A stretch of 40,000 bases of DNA from an uncultured phage cr108_1. Within the stretch, counting starts at the first letter, position 1. The number at the start of each line of letters is the position of its first letter. The stretch lies in sequence record MT774385.1; one strand, written 5' to 3'. The position numbers and the translations under genes were made by a program. The notes beneath the pieces were generated by a model. That model was not told the origin of the DNA, did no database searches, and saw only the letters and a list, made by a program, of their open reading frames with translations. Shown piece after piece: positions 7,477 through 15,088 of the stretch.

Positions 7477-7668
7477 ATGGGCAAGAGGAATAATTTAGAG
7501 AAGGTGATAGATACTCTAAGGAGGGAGCAATCTAGAGCCAGGGAGTTAAGTAGTCACAGTGCTACGAATGGAGAATTTTACTTTTATGATAGCATTGCCG
7601 AGCATTTAGGGGAGGTAATTCATGAAGTAGCAAGAATTAATGATTTACTAAGTTATGAGCGATCGTAA
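7477..7668 (+). CDS. hypothetical protein
   Basis: 63 aa, first ORF of the plus-strand module. Confidence 0.55.
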   Translation: MGKRNNLEKVIDTLRREQSRARELSSHSATNGEFYFYDSIAEHLGEVIHEVARINDLLSYERS

Positions 7669-7837
7669 GAAGGTTTTAACACTAGAAGATTTTGAAGAGT
7701 TTTTACGGGACCACCCTAATGAGAGTCCTAAGGAGTATCCTTTAAGTGAGGAGACTTTAAATAAGTTTTTTGAGTATGTTAAAGAAGGCATGCATTATGC
7801 GAAGAAGGAGTGCACAAGTAGGAGAAATAAGGGTTGA
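7655..7837 (+). CDS. hypothetical protein
   Basis: 60 aa ORF overlapping its neighbour by 14 nt. Confidence 0.5.
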   Translation: MSDRKKVLTLEDFEEFLRDHPNESPKEYPLSEETLNKFFEYVKEGMHYAKKECTSRRNKG

Positions 7838-7994
7838 GGATTACGATCTATCTTTAGATTACCTAAGGATTAAGAAGCCCCAAGATTTTTTAGATTTACG
7901 GTTAACATATGAGGACGGCAAGTTAGTAGAAATATCTACAGATTATAGAATTTTAGTAAAGCCTAGTAAGTGGCATAAACGTAAGAGACGATGA
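7770..7994 (+). CDS. hypothetical protein (true start may be internal)
   Basis: 74 aa; VEDYDLSLDYLRIKKPQDFLDLRLTYEDGKLVEIS looks protein-like. Confidence 0.5.
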   Translation: MSMLKKACIMRRRSAQVGEIRVEDYDLSLDYLRIKKPQDFLDLRLTYEDGKLVEISTDYRILVKPSKWHKRKRR

Positions 7995-8416
7995 ATACAT
8001 TAGTAAAGATTAGGAGATGGACCTGGGAATTGCCTCAAAGTTTACTTGGGGCAATTCTTTTGCCATTTTATGAGAAAACACGATTAAAAACCTTTGAGTA
8101 TAGGGATCAGGAGGTGTATATCTACGATAAATTTCCTGGGGGGATTTCCTTAGGTTATTATGTACTGATAGACTATAATAGATACGATTGGAATAAGAAG
8201 AATATCAGGCTTAGTTTAAAGAATTCTATTAAACATGAGAGTGGTCATGGCATTCAAAGTAAGTGGTTAGGTCCTCTTTATTTACCTACTGTAGGATTGC
8301 TTAGTGGATGTCATAATATTATTTGCAGGATTAAGGATCGTTATCATAAGCGTTATGATTATTACAAGTTTTTTGTAGAGAGGTCTGCAGATAAATTAGG
8401 GGGAGTTGTGCGATGA
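7991..8416 (+). CDS. HExxH-containing protein, putative membrane-associated zincin-like metalloprotease
   Basis: SIKHESGHGIQSKWLGPLYL...FFVERSADKLGG: HESGH at 8234-8248 plus downstream Glu. Confidence 0.65.
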   Translation: MNTLVKIRRWTWELPQSLLGAILLPFYEKTRLKTFEYRDQEVYIYDKFPGGISLGYYVLIDYNRYDWNKKNIRLSLKNSIKHESGHGIQSKWLGPLYLPTVGLLSGCHNIICRIKDRYHKRYDYYKFFVERSADKLGGVVR

Positions 8417-10137
8417 GATGGGAAGAGTTATCGATGTCAGATAGGTCTAATTTAATGAAAGCCTATCTACAGAATGGAGTGGTCCGGCTTAGTGATATGA
8501 GGGATCATTATAACAAGTTTGCTGATGGTGGTGAAGTAGATAATATTCAGAGCACTCCCGCTCAAGATTTCATAGCTTCATGGTTATCTAATAGGCAGGA
8601 GCAGTTTAAGGAGAATTTTAGAAACAGTGGTTCTACGATGGTTCCTTATAGTGTATTACCTAAGAGTTGGTCTAATAAAGCTGCTTTTAAAGAGTATCAG
8701 AATCAATTAAAGAATTTACGTACTGTCAAGCAATATGATGTTCTTGGTAATACGAAGTTCCCGCATGTTCCTGAATCAGAATTTGAGGCTATAAAGGGGC
8801 TCTCTAATCATACTGGTGGAGCTTATAATCCTTCTAGTCACTCTATATCATATATCAGTCCATATGCTGGTACTGATGTTCATGAGTTGACTCATTCTTT
8901 GAATGCTGATCCACAGATTAATACTATCAGGTATGGCTTTGAAGGAGATAAGTTACAGGAGGGTAAGCAGTATAATTCTTATAAGGATTCTGCTGATGAG
9001 ATCTACTCTCGTTTAATGCAGTTTAGGTATTTAAATAAGCTTGATCCTAAGAAGAAGTACACTGTAGAAGATATTAAGAAGTGGCGTGAGAAGTACGATG
9101 ATACAGATATAATCAATCGTTATAGTGATGAGTATCTACTTCACTTGCTTAATAATGTAGCTTCTACTAAGTCTAGCCTTGAGAAGGATGGTAGGAAGCT
9201 GGCTGCTTATGGTGGTAGATTGGAATCTTCTGGGGAGATTTTAAATAATACCACAAGGAAGTGGATGAGAGATAAGAATGGTGAATATAAGGATGCTAGG
9301 AAGAAAAATTTACCTCGTCCAGAATTTTGGGATAGATTACGAGATTCTAATCGGGATTTTATTCAAGACTGGGAAAATCCTCAAGATATAACTACTCATA
9401 AATTATCTTACGGAGAGGTAGATGGAAACATTGTAATTTATCCGGAAGTACAATTTAAAGATGATAAATTAGTAGATTTTTCTAGACCTCCTTATAGTTC
9501 ATTTGCAGCTTTAGAAGAAGCTTTAAATACTGGAAATTATACTACTGCTCCTAACGAAAAAATTGCGTCCAATTTTACGCATACATATAAGCAACACTAT
9601 CCTGGATTTAAGGAAAATAATTTTTTAAGTAATGAATCTGATAGATCCACTTATCAGACTAGTGATTCAAAGGCGCAATATATCTATAGAAAAATGTTAG
9701 CAGCTGGATACAATCCAGCACAGGCTAGTGCTATTTTAGGACAGATCTTTGTAGAAAGTGGATTAGATGAATATAAGAAGGAGAGAGGTCATGAAGAAAG
9801 GGGCTATGGACTAATGCAATGGACTGATCCAGCCCGTAAAGCAAAATTAGCTGAGTTTAAGTCTCCTACAGCAAGAAGTGAATTTGAAAGGCAAGTTGAT
9901 TTCATTATACATGAATTACCTCAAAAAGATGTATGGATAGGAAAGGATAAGTATATATCTAAATTTAAAAATTCTTCTAATGTTGACGAAATCACCTCTT
10001 CATTAATGAGGGGATATCTTAATCCCGAGTATGGTCCAGGTAGTAATATAGATAGACGCACAGAAGTAGCAAACTATTATCATAATAATCCACCTATGCC
10101 TTATACATTAGGGATTTTAGATAATTTTAGAAAATAA
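8413..10137 (+). CDS. putative virion/cell-wall enzyme: HExxH domain plus C-terminal phage tail lysozyme-like domain
   Basis: DVHELTHSL (8881-8895) and YIYRKMLAAGYNPAQASAILGQIFVESGLDE...GYGLMQWTDPARKAKL (lysozyme-like); N-terminus ...LMKAYLQNGVVRLSDMRDHYNKFADGGE. Confidence 0.8.
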   Translation: MRWEELSMSDRSNLMKAYLQNGVVRLSDMRDHYNKFADGGEVDNIQSTPAQDFIASWLSNRQEQFKENFRNSGSTMVPYSVLPKSWSNKAAFKEYQNQLKNLRTVKQYDVLGNTKFPHVPESEFEAIKGLSNHTGGAYNPSSHSISYISPYAGTDVHELTHSLNADPQINTIRYGFEGDKLQEGKQYNSYKDSADEIYSRLMQFRYLNKLDPKKKYTVEDIKKWREKYDDTDIINRYSDEYLLHLLNNVASTKSSLEKDGRKLAAYGGRLESSGEILNNTTRKWMRDKNGEYKDARKKNLPRPEFWDRLRDSNRDFIQDWENPQDITTHKLSYGEVDGNIVIYPEVQFKDDKLVDFSRPPYSSFAALEEALNTGNYTTAPNEKIASNFTHTYKQHYPGFKENNFLSNESDRSTYQTSDSKAQYIYRKMLAAGYNPAQASAILGQIFVESGLDEYKKERGHEERGYGLMQWTDPARKAKLAEFKSPTARSEFERQVDFIIHELPQKDVWIGKDKYISKFKNSSNVDEITSSLMRGYLNPEYGPGSNIDRRTEVANYYHNNPPMPYTLGILDNFRK

Positions 10138-10148
10138 TTGATAAAATA

Positions 10149-10180
10149 TTTGGAAATGTAAAATATTTTTTGTATATTTG
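10149..10180 (+). promoter_or_regulatory. Bacteroidetes-type promoter
   Basis: TTTG (10149-10152), 20-nt spacer, TATATTTG (10173-10180). Confidence 0.7.
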
Positions 10181-10204
10181 TATAACATTTAAATAATAAG
10201 AATT

Positions 10205-10246
10205 ATGGCTTGTAAGAAGAAAGGTAAAGGTAAAGTTAAGAAATAG
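10205..10246 (+). CDS. possible Lys-rich micropeptide MACKKKGKGKVKK
   Basis: 13-codon ORF directly downstream of a consensus promoter. Confidence 0.35.
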   Translation: MACKKKGKGKVKK

Positions 10247-10393
10247 GGTGAGGTAGGGCGAGCCTACTAAGCGGTTGTTAATAAATACTACTTTTTCATT
10301 AAGTCGAATGCAGCAGGTTCTCTGCTGGCACGGGTACTGGGGTTACCCTTGGTAATGTAGAATTCTCTACAAAGTCCATAGAACCCCTTCTTT

Positions 10394-10464
10394 GGGAGAT
10401 GGCTGAATGGTTTAGGCACTTGACTGTTAATCAAGGTAACGCAGGTTCGAACCCTGTTCTCCCA
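10394..10464 (+). tRNA. tRNA-Asn(GUU)
   Basis: GGGAGAT...TTCTCCC, GCAGGTTCGAACCCTGT T-arm, CTTGA-CTGTTAA-TCAAG anticodon arm; 71 nt. Confidence 0.92.
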
Positions 10465-10486
10465 GCTATTAACTAATATTTTTATT

Positions 10487-10663
10487 ATGAGCAAGAAAAA
10501 TTGGATTAAAGTTGGTATTGGTGCAGCCATAGTAATTGGCACCCTAGCAATGGTGAAACTCATCCCTTTTTGGGGTACATTATTGAGTCTGTGCAGTTAT
10601 TCTGCAGGTATCCTTTCGTACTGGGCTGTTGATAAGTTCGGTAATGTAGTAGAGAAGAAATAA
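10487..10663 (+). CDS. small membrane protein (58 aa)
   Basis: MSKKNWIKVGIGAAIVIGTLAMVKLIPFWGTLLSLCSYSAGILSYWAVDKFGNVVEKK*, manual reading. Confidence 0.65.
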   Translation: MSKKNWIKVGIGAAIVIGTLAMVKLIPFWGTLLSLCSYSAGILSYWAVDKFGNVVEKK

Positions 10664-10676
10664 TTAAATTATTTGT

Positions 10677-11069
10677 ATGGAAGCAAGAAAGCGTTATTAC
10701 ACATTTGGAGAAGCTATAGATAAACTTCTAGCTGATCCTGAGCATCTAGCTATTACTAGACCCAAGTATGGTGAAGAAGGCGTCGTAATTGTAGACCTTA
10801 TACCCAGAGTAGATTATGTGTATCCTACTAAACCTCAGTTAGTAGTAGTTGATAGACTAGGTCTTAGTACAGAGTATATTCCTTCTCAGGAAGATATTCA
10901 TAGTATGAATTGGATGGTTCTTCATAAGGTCTCTGATACTGGGAAGGACGAAAAATGCCCGGATGATCTTACTGAAGATGAGATTAGTACTTCTATGAGT
11001 GAAGCTACTGCTAAAGAGCTTACTAAAGTACTTAAGAAGTTTATTCAGCTTACAGAAAAATTCTTTTAG
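10677..11069 (+). CDS. hypothetical protein
   Basis: 130 aa ORF immediately upstream of the chaperonin gene. Confidence 0.75.
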   Translation: MEARKRYYTFGEAIDKLLADPEHLAITRPKYGEEGVVIVDLIPRVDYVYPTKPQLVVVDRLGLSTEYIPSQEDIHSMNWMVLHKVSDTGKDEKCPDDLTEDEISTSMSEATAKELTKVLKKFIQLTEKFF

Positions 11070-11072
11070 TAT

Positions 11073-12557
11073 ATGAAGAGTAAGAATATAGTATTTGGCT
11101 TAGACGCACTTGCAGAAGTTAAGAAAGGTGTAGATCTTTTAGCTGATGCAGTAAAAGTAACTTTTGGGCCTAAGGGTAATACAGTAGTTGTTTACGAGGA
11201 TAACTATCCTAAAGTTACTAAAGACGGTGTTACAGTAGCCAGAGCTATTAACTCTTCAGAACCTCTTTATGATGTAGGAGTTCAGCTTGTAAAAGAAGCA
11301 GCAGCTAAGACTGCTGATATTGCTGGAGATGGTACTACTACATCAACAATTATTGCTCAGGCACTTATAAATCTTATCTTTGAACAGCTTAAAGCCGGTA
11401 AAGATCCCAAGACTATAAGAGCTGAGCTTGAGAAATCCAATGATGTAGCGAGAGAAACTATTAAATCTCTCGCTACACAAGTTGGAGATACACCTGACAG
11501 TATTAAGCATATAGCTACTATCTCTGCTAATGGAGATGAGTTTATAGGCACACTTATTGCAGATGTTATCTCAAAGATTGGATATGATGGGGTTATTACT
11601 CTTGAAGAGTCTAATGGTTTTGAGACATATGCTGAGACCGTAGAGGGTATGAAGATTAACAAAGGTTATATCTCACCCTACTTTATAAATGATCCTACTA
11701 GCAGGTCAGCAGTACTTAATAATCCTTATATACTAGTATATAATGGCACACTTAACAATGTTAGTGCTTTATTCTCTATACTAGAAGTTCTAGCTCGTGA
11801 TGAGAAGGAGATCTTGCTTATAGCAAATGATTATTCTCCTGAAGTTATCGCAGCAATTATTAGGAATGTGCAGAGAGGATTACTTAAAATTGCAGCTATT
11901 AAAACACCTGGTGTAGGAGAATATAAGAAGGATCTTCTTGAGGATATTTCAGCTATTACTGGTGCTACAATCTTTGATAAGATTCCAGATTCTCTTGAAG
12001 GACTTGGAAAAGCTAAGAAGATTGTATCAACCTCTGAAGATACTACTATTATTAGTTCTTTAGTAGATAGAACTCCAGTAGAAGCACGTATTAACATGCT
12101 TAAGGAGTCTTTAAAGAATGACTATCCTAAGTATCTTATTGATGATATTAAGTCTCGTATTGCTAAGCTTTCTGGGGGTGTAGCAGTTATTTATGTTGGA
12201 GCTCCTACAGAGATTGAGATGTCTGAGAAAAAGGATCGTATTGAAGATGCAGTATGTGCTACTAGAGCAGCTATTGAAGAAGGAGTTGTTGTAGGTGCTG
12301 GAATCATTCAAGAAGATATTGCTAAGACTTTGGAGAAGAAAGGCTATAATATTCTACCCAAAGCACTTATGACATGTAGAAAGCTTATTTTAGATACAGT
12401 ACCGATATACTATGAAGACGCTGTGGAACAGAATATTCTTGATCCTGCTAAAGTCACTAGAGTATCCATTGAGCATGCTCTCTCAGTAGCTTACATGTTC
12501 TTATCTACTAAGTGTGTAATAATTAATGAAAATGAAGCATCTAACAGCCTATATTGA
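11073..12557 (+). CDS. groL-like: GroEL-like (HSP60) chaperonin
   Basis: 494 aa collinear with GroEL: LADAVKVTFGPKGNTVV, DIAGDGTTTSTI, ISANGDE, GYISPYFIN, IIRNVQRGLLKIAAIKTPGVGEYKKDLLEDIS, LSGGVAVIYVGAPTEIEMSEKKDRIEDAVCATRAAIEEGVV, ILDPAKVTR. Confidence 0.97.
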   Translation: MKSKNIVFGLDALAEVKKGVDLLADAVKVTFGPKGNTVVVYEDNYPKVTKDGVTVARAINSSEPLYDVGVQLVKEAAAKTADIAGDGTTTSTIIAQALINLIFEQLKAGKDPKTIRAELEKSNDVARETIKSLATQVGDTPDSIKHIATISANGDEFIGTLIADVISKIGYDGVITLEESNGFETYAETVEGMKINKGYISPYFINDPTSRSAVLNNPYILVYNGTLNNVSALFSILEVLARDEKEILLIANDYSPEVIAAIIRNVQRGLLKIAAIKTPGVGEYKKDLLEDISAITGATIFDKIPDSLEGLGKAKKIVSTSEDTTIISSLVDRTPVEARINMLKESLKNDYPKYLIDDIKSRIAKLSGGVAVIYVGAPTEIEMSEKKDRIEDAVCATRAAIEEGVVVGAGIIQEDIAKTLEKKGYNILPKALMTCRKLILDTVPIYYEDAVEQNILDPAKVTRVSIEHALSVAYMFLSTKCVIINENEASNSLY

Positions 12558-12810
12558 GAAGTTTAATGAAGCCTTCTCACCTGACTATAGGTTGATTATA
12601 TGGGGACCTTATGTTACACATGATAGTAAGATAAACTTTGGTTTAGACTTACAGTTACTAGTAACAGGAGGTTACCTCACTTGTTTAATAGTAAATGATG
12701 TCTCTCCTGATCTTACAGAGGAGAACATTGATGCTACAGAATTAAGAATAATTGATGCTTTTAAGAAAGTAGATTTTTATCAATACTTAAAGCGATGGAA
12801 GGAGAATTAA
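12526..12810 (+). CDS. hypothetical protein
   Basis: 94 aa; overlaps the chaperonin 3' end. Confidence 0.65.
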   Translation: MKMKHLTAYIEKFNEAFSPDYRLIIWGPYVTHDSKINFGLDLQLLVTGGYLTCLIVNDVSPDLTEENIDATELRIIDAFKKVDFYQYLKRWKEN

Positions 12811-13052
12811 TTAAACCCAAATGTCCTCCTCTACAGTCTCCTTCCGACTTTGAGAAGGTTAAGTGGAATAAAGAGGACTATAATCGAGAGCCTGTATATT
12901 TCTGCAGGAAATGCTTAAGTCTACTAGTTATGGCTTATAATGAATCAGGTATCTCAGAATATTGTAATAGTTGTGGTAGCACAGATATAGCTACCACTTC
13001 TATAGAAGAATGGCAAGCTCTTTATAGAGCTAAATATGGTAAAGAATTTTAA
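12795..13052 (+). CDS. small zinc-finger-like protein
   Basis: CRKC...YCNSCG four-cysteine zinc-ribbon pattern. Confidence 0.75.
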   Translation: MEGELIKPKCPPLQSPSDFEKVKWNKEDYNREPVYFCRKCLSLLVMAYNESGISEYCNSCGSTDIATTSIEEWQALYRAKYGKEF

Positions 13053-13054
13053 TT

Positions 13055-13369
13055 ATGACAAAAGCTATGGAAGCAAATCAGCCGGAGAAGTTGAGCTATG
13101 AGCAACTGAAAGATGTTGCTAGTAATTTACAGATGCAGTTTAAGAATCTTAGCCAAGAGCATCAGCGCCTGATAACTGAGTATAATCGGGCTATGGAGAT
13201 GGTTATGGGTAAACGTATCGAATGTCTTTTCAATGTACTTAAATATCGTGAACTCTTTGATGAGGACTTTGTAGAAGACACAGTTCGTACTCTGCGAGGA
13301 ATGCTTGCAACTCCTGAGAATGAGCCTGACTGTGCTGAGGAGAAGTGTAAAGATAATTCCAAGGAGTAA
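13055..13369 (+). CDS. hypothetical coiled-coil-like protein
   Basis: 104 aa, helical composition. Confidence 0.7.
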   Translation: MTKAMEANQPEKLSYEQLKDVASNLQMQFKNLSQEHQRLITEYNRAMEMVMGKRIECLFNVLKYRELFDEDFVEDTVRTLRGMLATPENEPDCAEEKCKDNSKE

Positions 13370-13782
13370 TGAGCAAGAGAGATATGACTAAGAATACTGA
13401 CATTGTATCTATCTCTACCAATTTAAAGAACTCTAGCCTTAATTTCTTCAAGTTATGGCTAGAGTTTCTCAAACCTTTACATAGATTACCAGGTAGAGAA
13501 TTAGCAGTGTTAGCAGCATTATTACAGCGTAGATTTGAGCTATCTAGGACAATTACAGATGATGATTTACTCGACAAAGTTTTATTCACTGATGAGATTA
13601 AGAAGGGCATTGTAGAAAACTTAGGCATATCTCCAGGTAACTTTCAGTCGGTATTAACAAACCTACGCAAGGCTGGTGTTATAGTTAATAACACTATAGG
13701 TAAAAGATATATTCCCTCATTAGAATATGATGAGGATGCTTATAGGCTACTACTAAATTTTAAGATTAGTTATGATAAATAA
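13369..13782 (+). CDS. hypothetical protein, possible winged-helix/HTH
   Basis: 137 aa; NLGISPGNFQSVLTNLRKAGVIVNNTIGKRYIPSL resembles a wHTH segment. Confidence 0.7.
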   Translation: MSKRDMTKNTDIVSISTNLKNSSLNFFKLWLEFLKPLHRLPGRELAVLAALLQRRFELSRTITDDDLLDKVLFTDEIKKGIVENLGISPGNFQSVLTNLRKAGVIVNNTIGKRYIPSLEYDEDAYRLLLNFKISYDK

Positions 13783-14095
13783 TAAGACTCTTCAGTCTAT
13801 AATTTTAGAAGCTTCTAAGAAGCTTGATATACCTGATGATATAGTAGAAATTGCCTATAGGGAATATTGGAATTGGGTTAAGGATACATTAGAAAATGTT
13901 CCTGTAAATGAGGAGATGACTGAAGAGGAATTCAATAAGATGCAGACAAGCATTAATGTTCCTAGCTTAGGCAAGTTTTATGCTACATACTCCCGAGCCC
14001 AATTTCTTAATAAAAAATTTAAAGAATATGCAGAGAAAGCAGTTCAAGATAAAGAAGGTGACACCTCCGTTCACGAAGATGTTAGTAACAGCTAA
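13772..14095 (+). CDS. hypothetical protein
   Basis: 107 aa ORF between the two chaperonin-related genes. Confidence 0.7.
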   Translation: MINNKTLQSIILEASKKLDIPDDIVEIAYREYWNWVKDTLENVPVNEEMTEEEFNKMQTSINVPSLGKFYATYSRAQFLNKKFKEYAEKAVQDKEGDTSVHEDVSNS

Positions 14096-14459
14096 TGTTT
14101 ATAGTGAAGAGGAATGTATTAGTGAATCTGGTCTTATTCAGAAGGATCAGGTAGGCATGCTTAAAGAGATCCAAGAAGTTATTTCTGTAGGACCTGGTGT
14201 TCGGGAATATAAATCTGGGGACTTGGTACAGATTGATTTCTCCAAGTATGCACGTAAGCGTTATACTAAGGATGAGACTAAGGCAGATATGCCTGATGAG
14301 TTTTATAATGAAACTCTAGACTTTGAGATCCCTATGTTTGAGATTGATGGTCACATTGCTCTCCTTATTGATAGTGCTAATATTTTCTTTAAGATTGAAG
14401 AGTTTGAAGAGGAAGTTACAGAGTTTACTCCTCCTAAAGCTAAGAAGTTAGTATGTTAA
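14028..14459 (+). CDS. GroES-like co-chaperonin fold protein
   Basis: KKVTPPFTKMLVTANVYSE..ISESGLIQKDQVGMLKEIQEVISVGPGVREYKSGDLVQIDFS...PMFEIDGHIALLIDSANIFFKIE follows the GroES pattern. Start chosen at M17 of track ORF 13980..14459. Confidence 0.7.
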   Translation: MQRKQFKIKKVTPPFTKMLVTANVYSEEECISESGLIQKDQVGMLKEIQEVISVGPGVREYKSGDLVQIDFSKYARKRYTKDETKADMPDEFYNETLDFEIPMFEIDGHIALLIDSANIFFKIEEFEEEVTEFTPPKAKKLVC

Positions 14460-14465
14460 TTTAAC

Positions 14466-14494
14466 GCTCCCTATCACAAGTAGGGAGCTTTTTT
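14466..14494 (+). terminator. rho-independent terminator
   Basis: GCTCCCTA-TCACAAG-TAGGGAGC followed by TTTTTT. Confidence 0.9.
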
Positions 14495-14497
14495 GGT

Positions 14498-15088
14498 ATG
14501 AAACTATTTGTATATAAAGATTATAATTTAAGGATTTCTGATGAGGCATATGCCTTACGTCCTTTTAAGCGACTTGTAGATAGGGATAGAACTAAGGAGA
14601 AGACCAAGGCTATGAAAGAATTAGCATATTTATACTTCATGTATGATCCTAGGTCAGACTTCTCCTTTGAGATTATAGAATCTGATAGAGATCTACGAGT
14701 TAAGGATAGTATAGGCTTAGAGGCCGATTGGAAGCCAGATAAGCAAGTACAGGAAGCTATAGAGCTTTATAAATACCTAACTACAACATCTTCTTCTTTG
14801 CTACTACAAGATACTAGAGTTATTATTGACAATATTCGTAATACTTTCAGATCTATAGATTTAACAGAGAAAGATGCTAATGGTAAACTAGTGTTTAATA
14901 TAGGTCAGGTTATGACCGCAGTAAAACAAGTCCCTAGTCTTGTTAAGGAACTTGCGGATGCGGAGAAGGCGGTATCTAAGGAAATTGAAGATATGGGTAC
15001 TATGCGAGGATTGAAGCAAAAGTCCATTTTGGATGATGGGATTAGTAATTTTTTAAATAGCAATGGAAACGCTAATCGCAACGAATGA
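14498..15088 (+). CDS. hypothetical protein upstream of terminase (possible terminase small subunit by position only)
   Basis: 196 aa, overlaps the TerL start. Confidence 0.65.
   Translation: MKLFVYKDYNLRISDEAYALRPFKRLVDRDRTKEKTKAMKELAYLYFMYDPRSDFSFEIIESDRDLRVKDSIGLEADWKPDKQVQEAIELYKYLTTTSSSLLLQDTRVIIDNIRNTFRSIDLTEKDANGKLVFNIGQVMTAVKQVPSLVKELADAEKAVSKEIEDMGTMRGLKQKSILDDGISNFLNSNGNANRNE

Noticed and set aside
7239-7493. Plus-strand 84-aa ORF across the control region
   Set aside because: Odd composition, runs through G-tracts, hairpins and the promoter; likely fortuitous.
11357-12311. Minus-strand ORFs inside the groEL-like gene
   Set aside because: Antisense to an unambiguous chaperonin gene.
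13239-13628. 129-aa minus-strand ORF
   Set aside because: Antisense to 13055..13369 and 13369..13782, no context for a minus-strand gene here.
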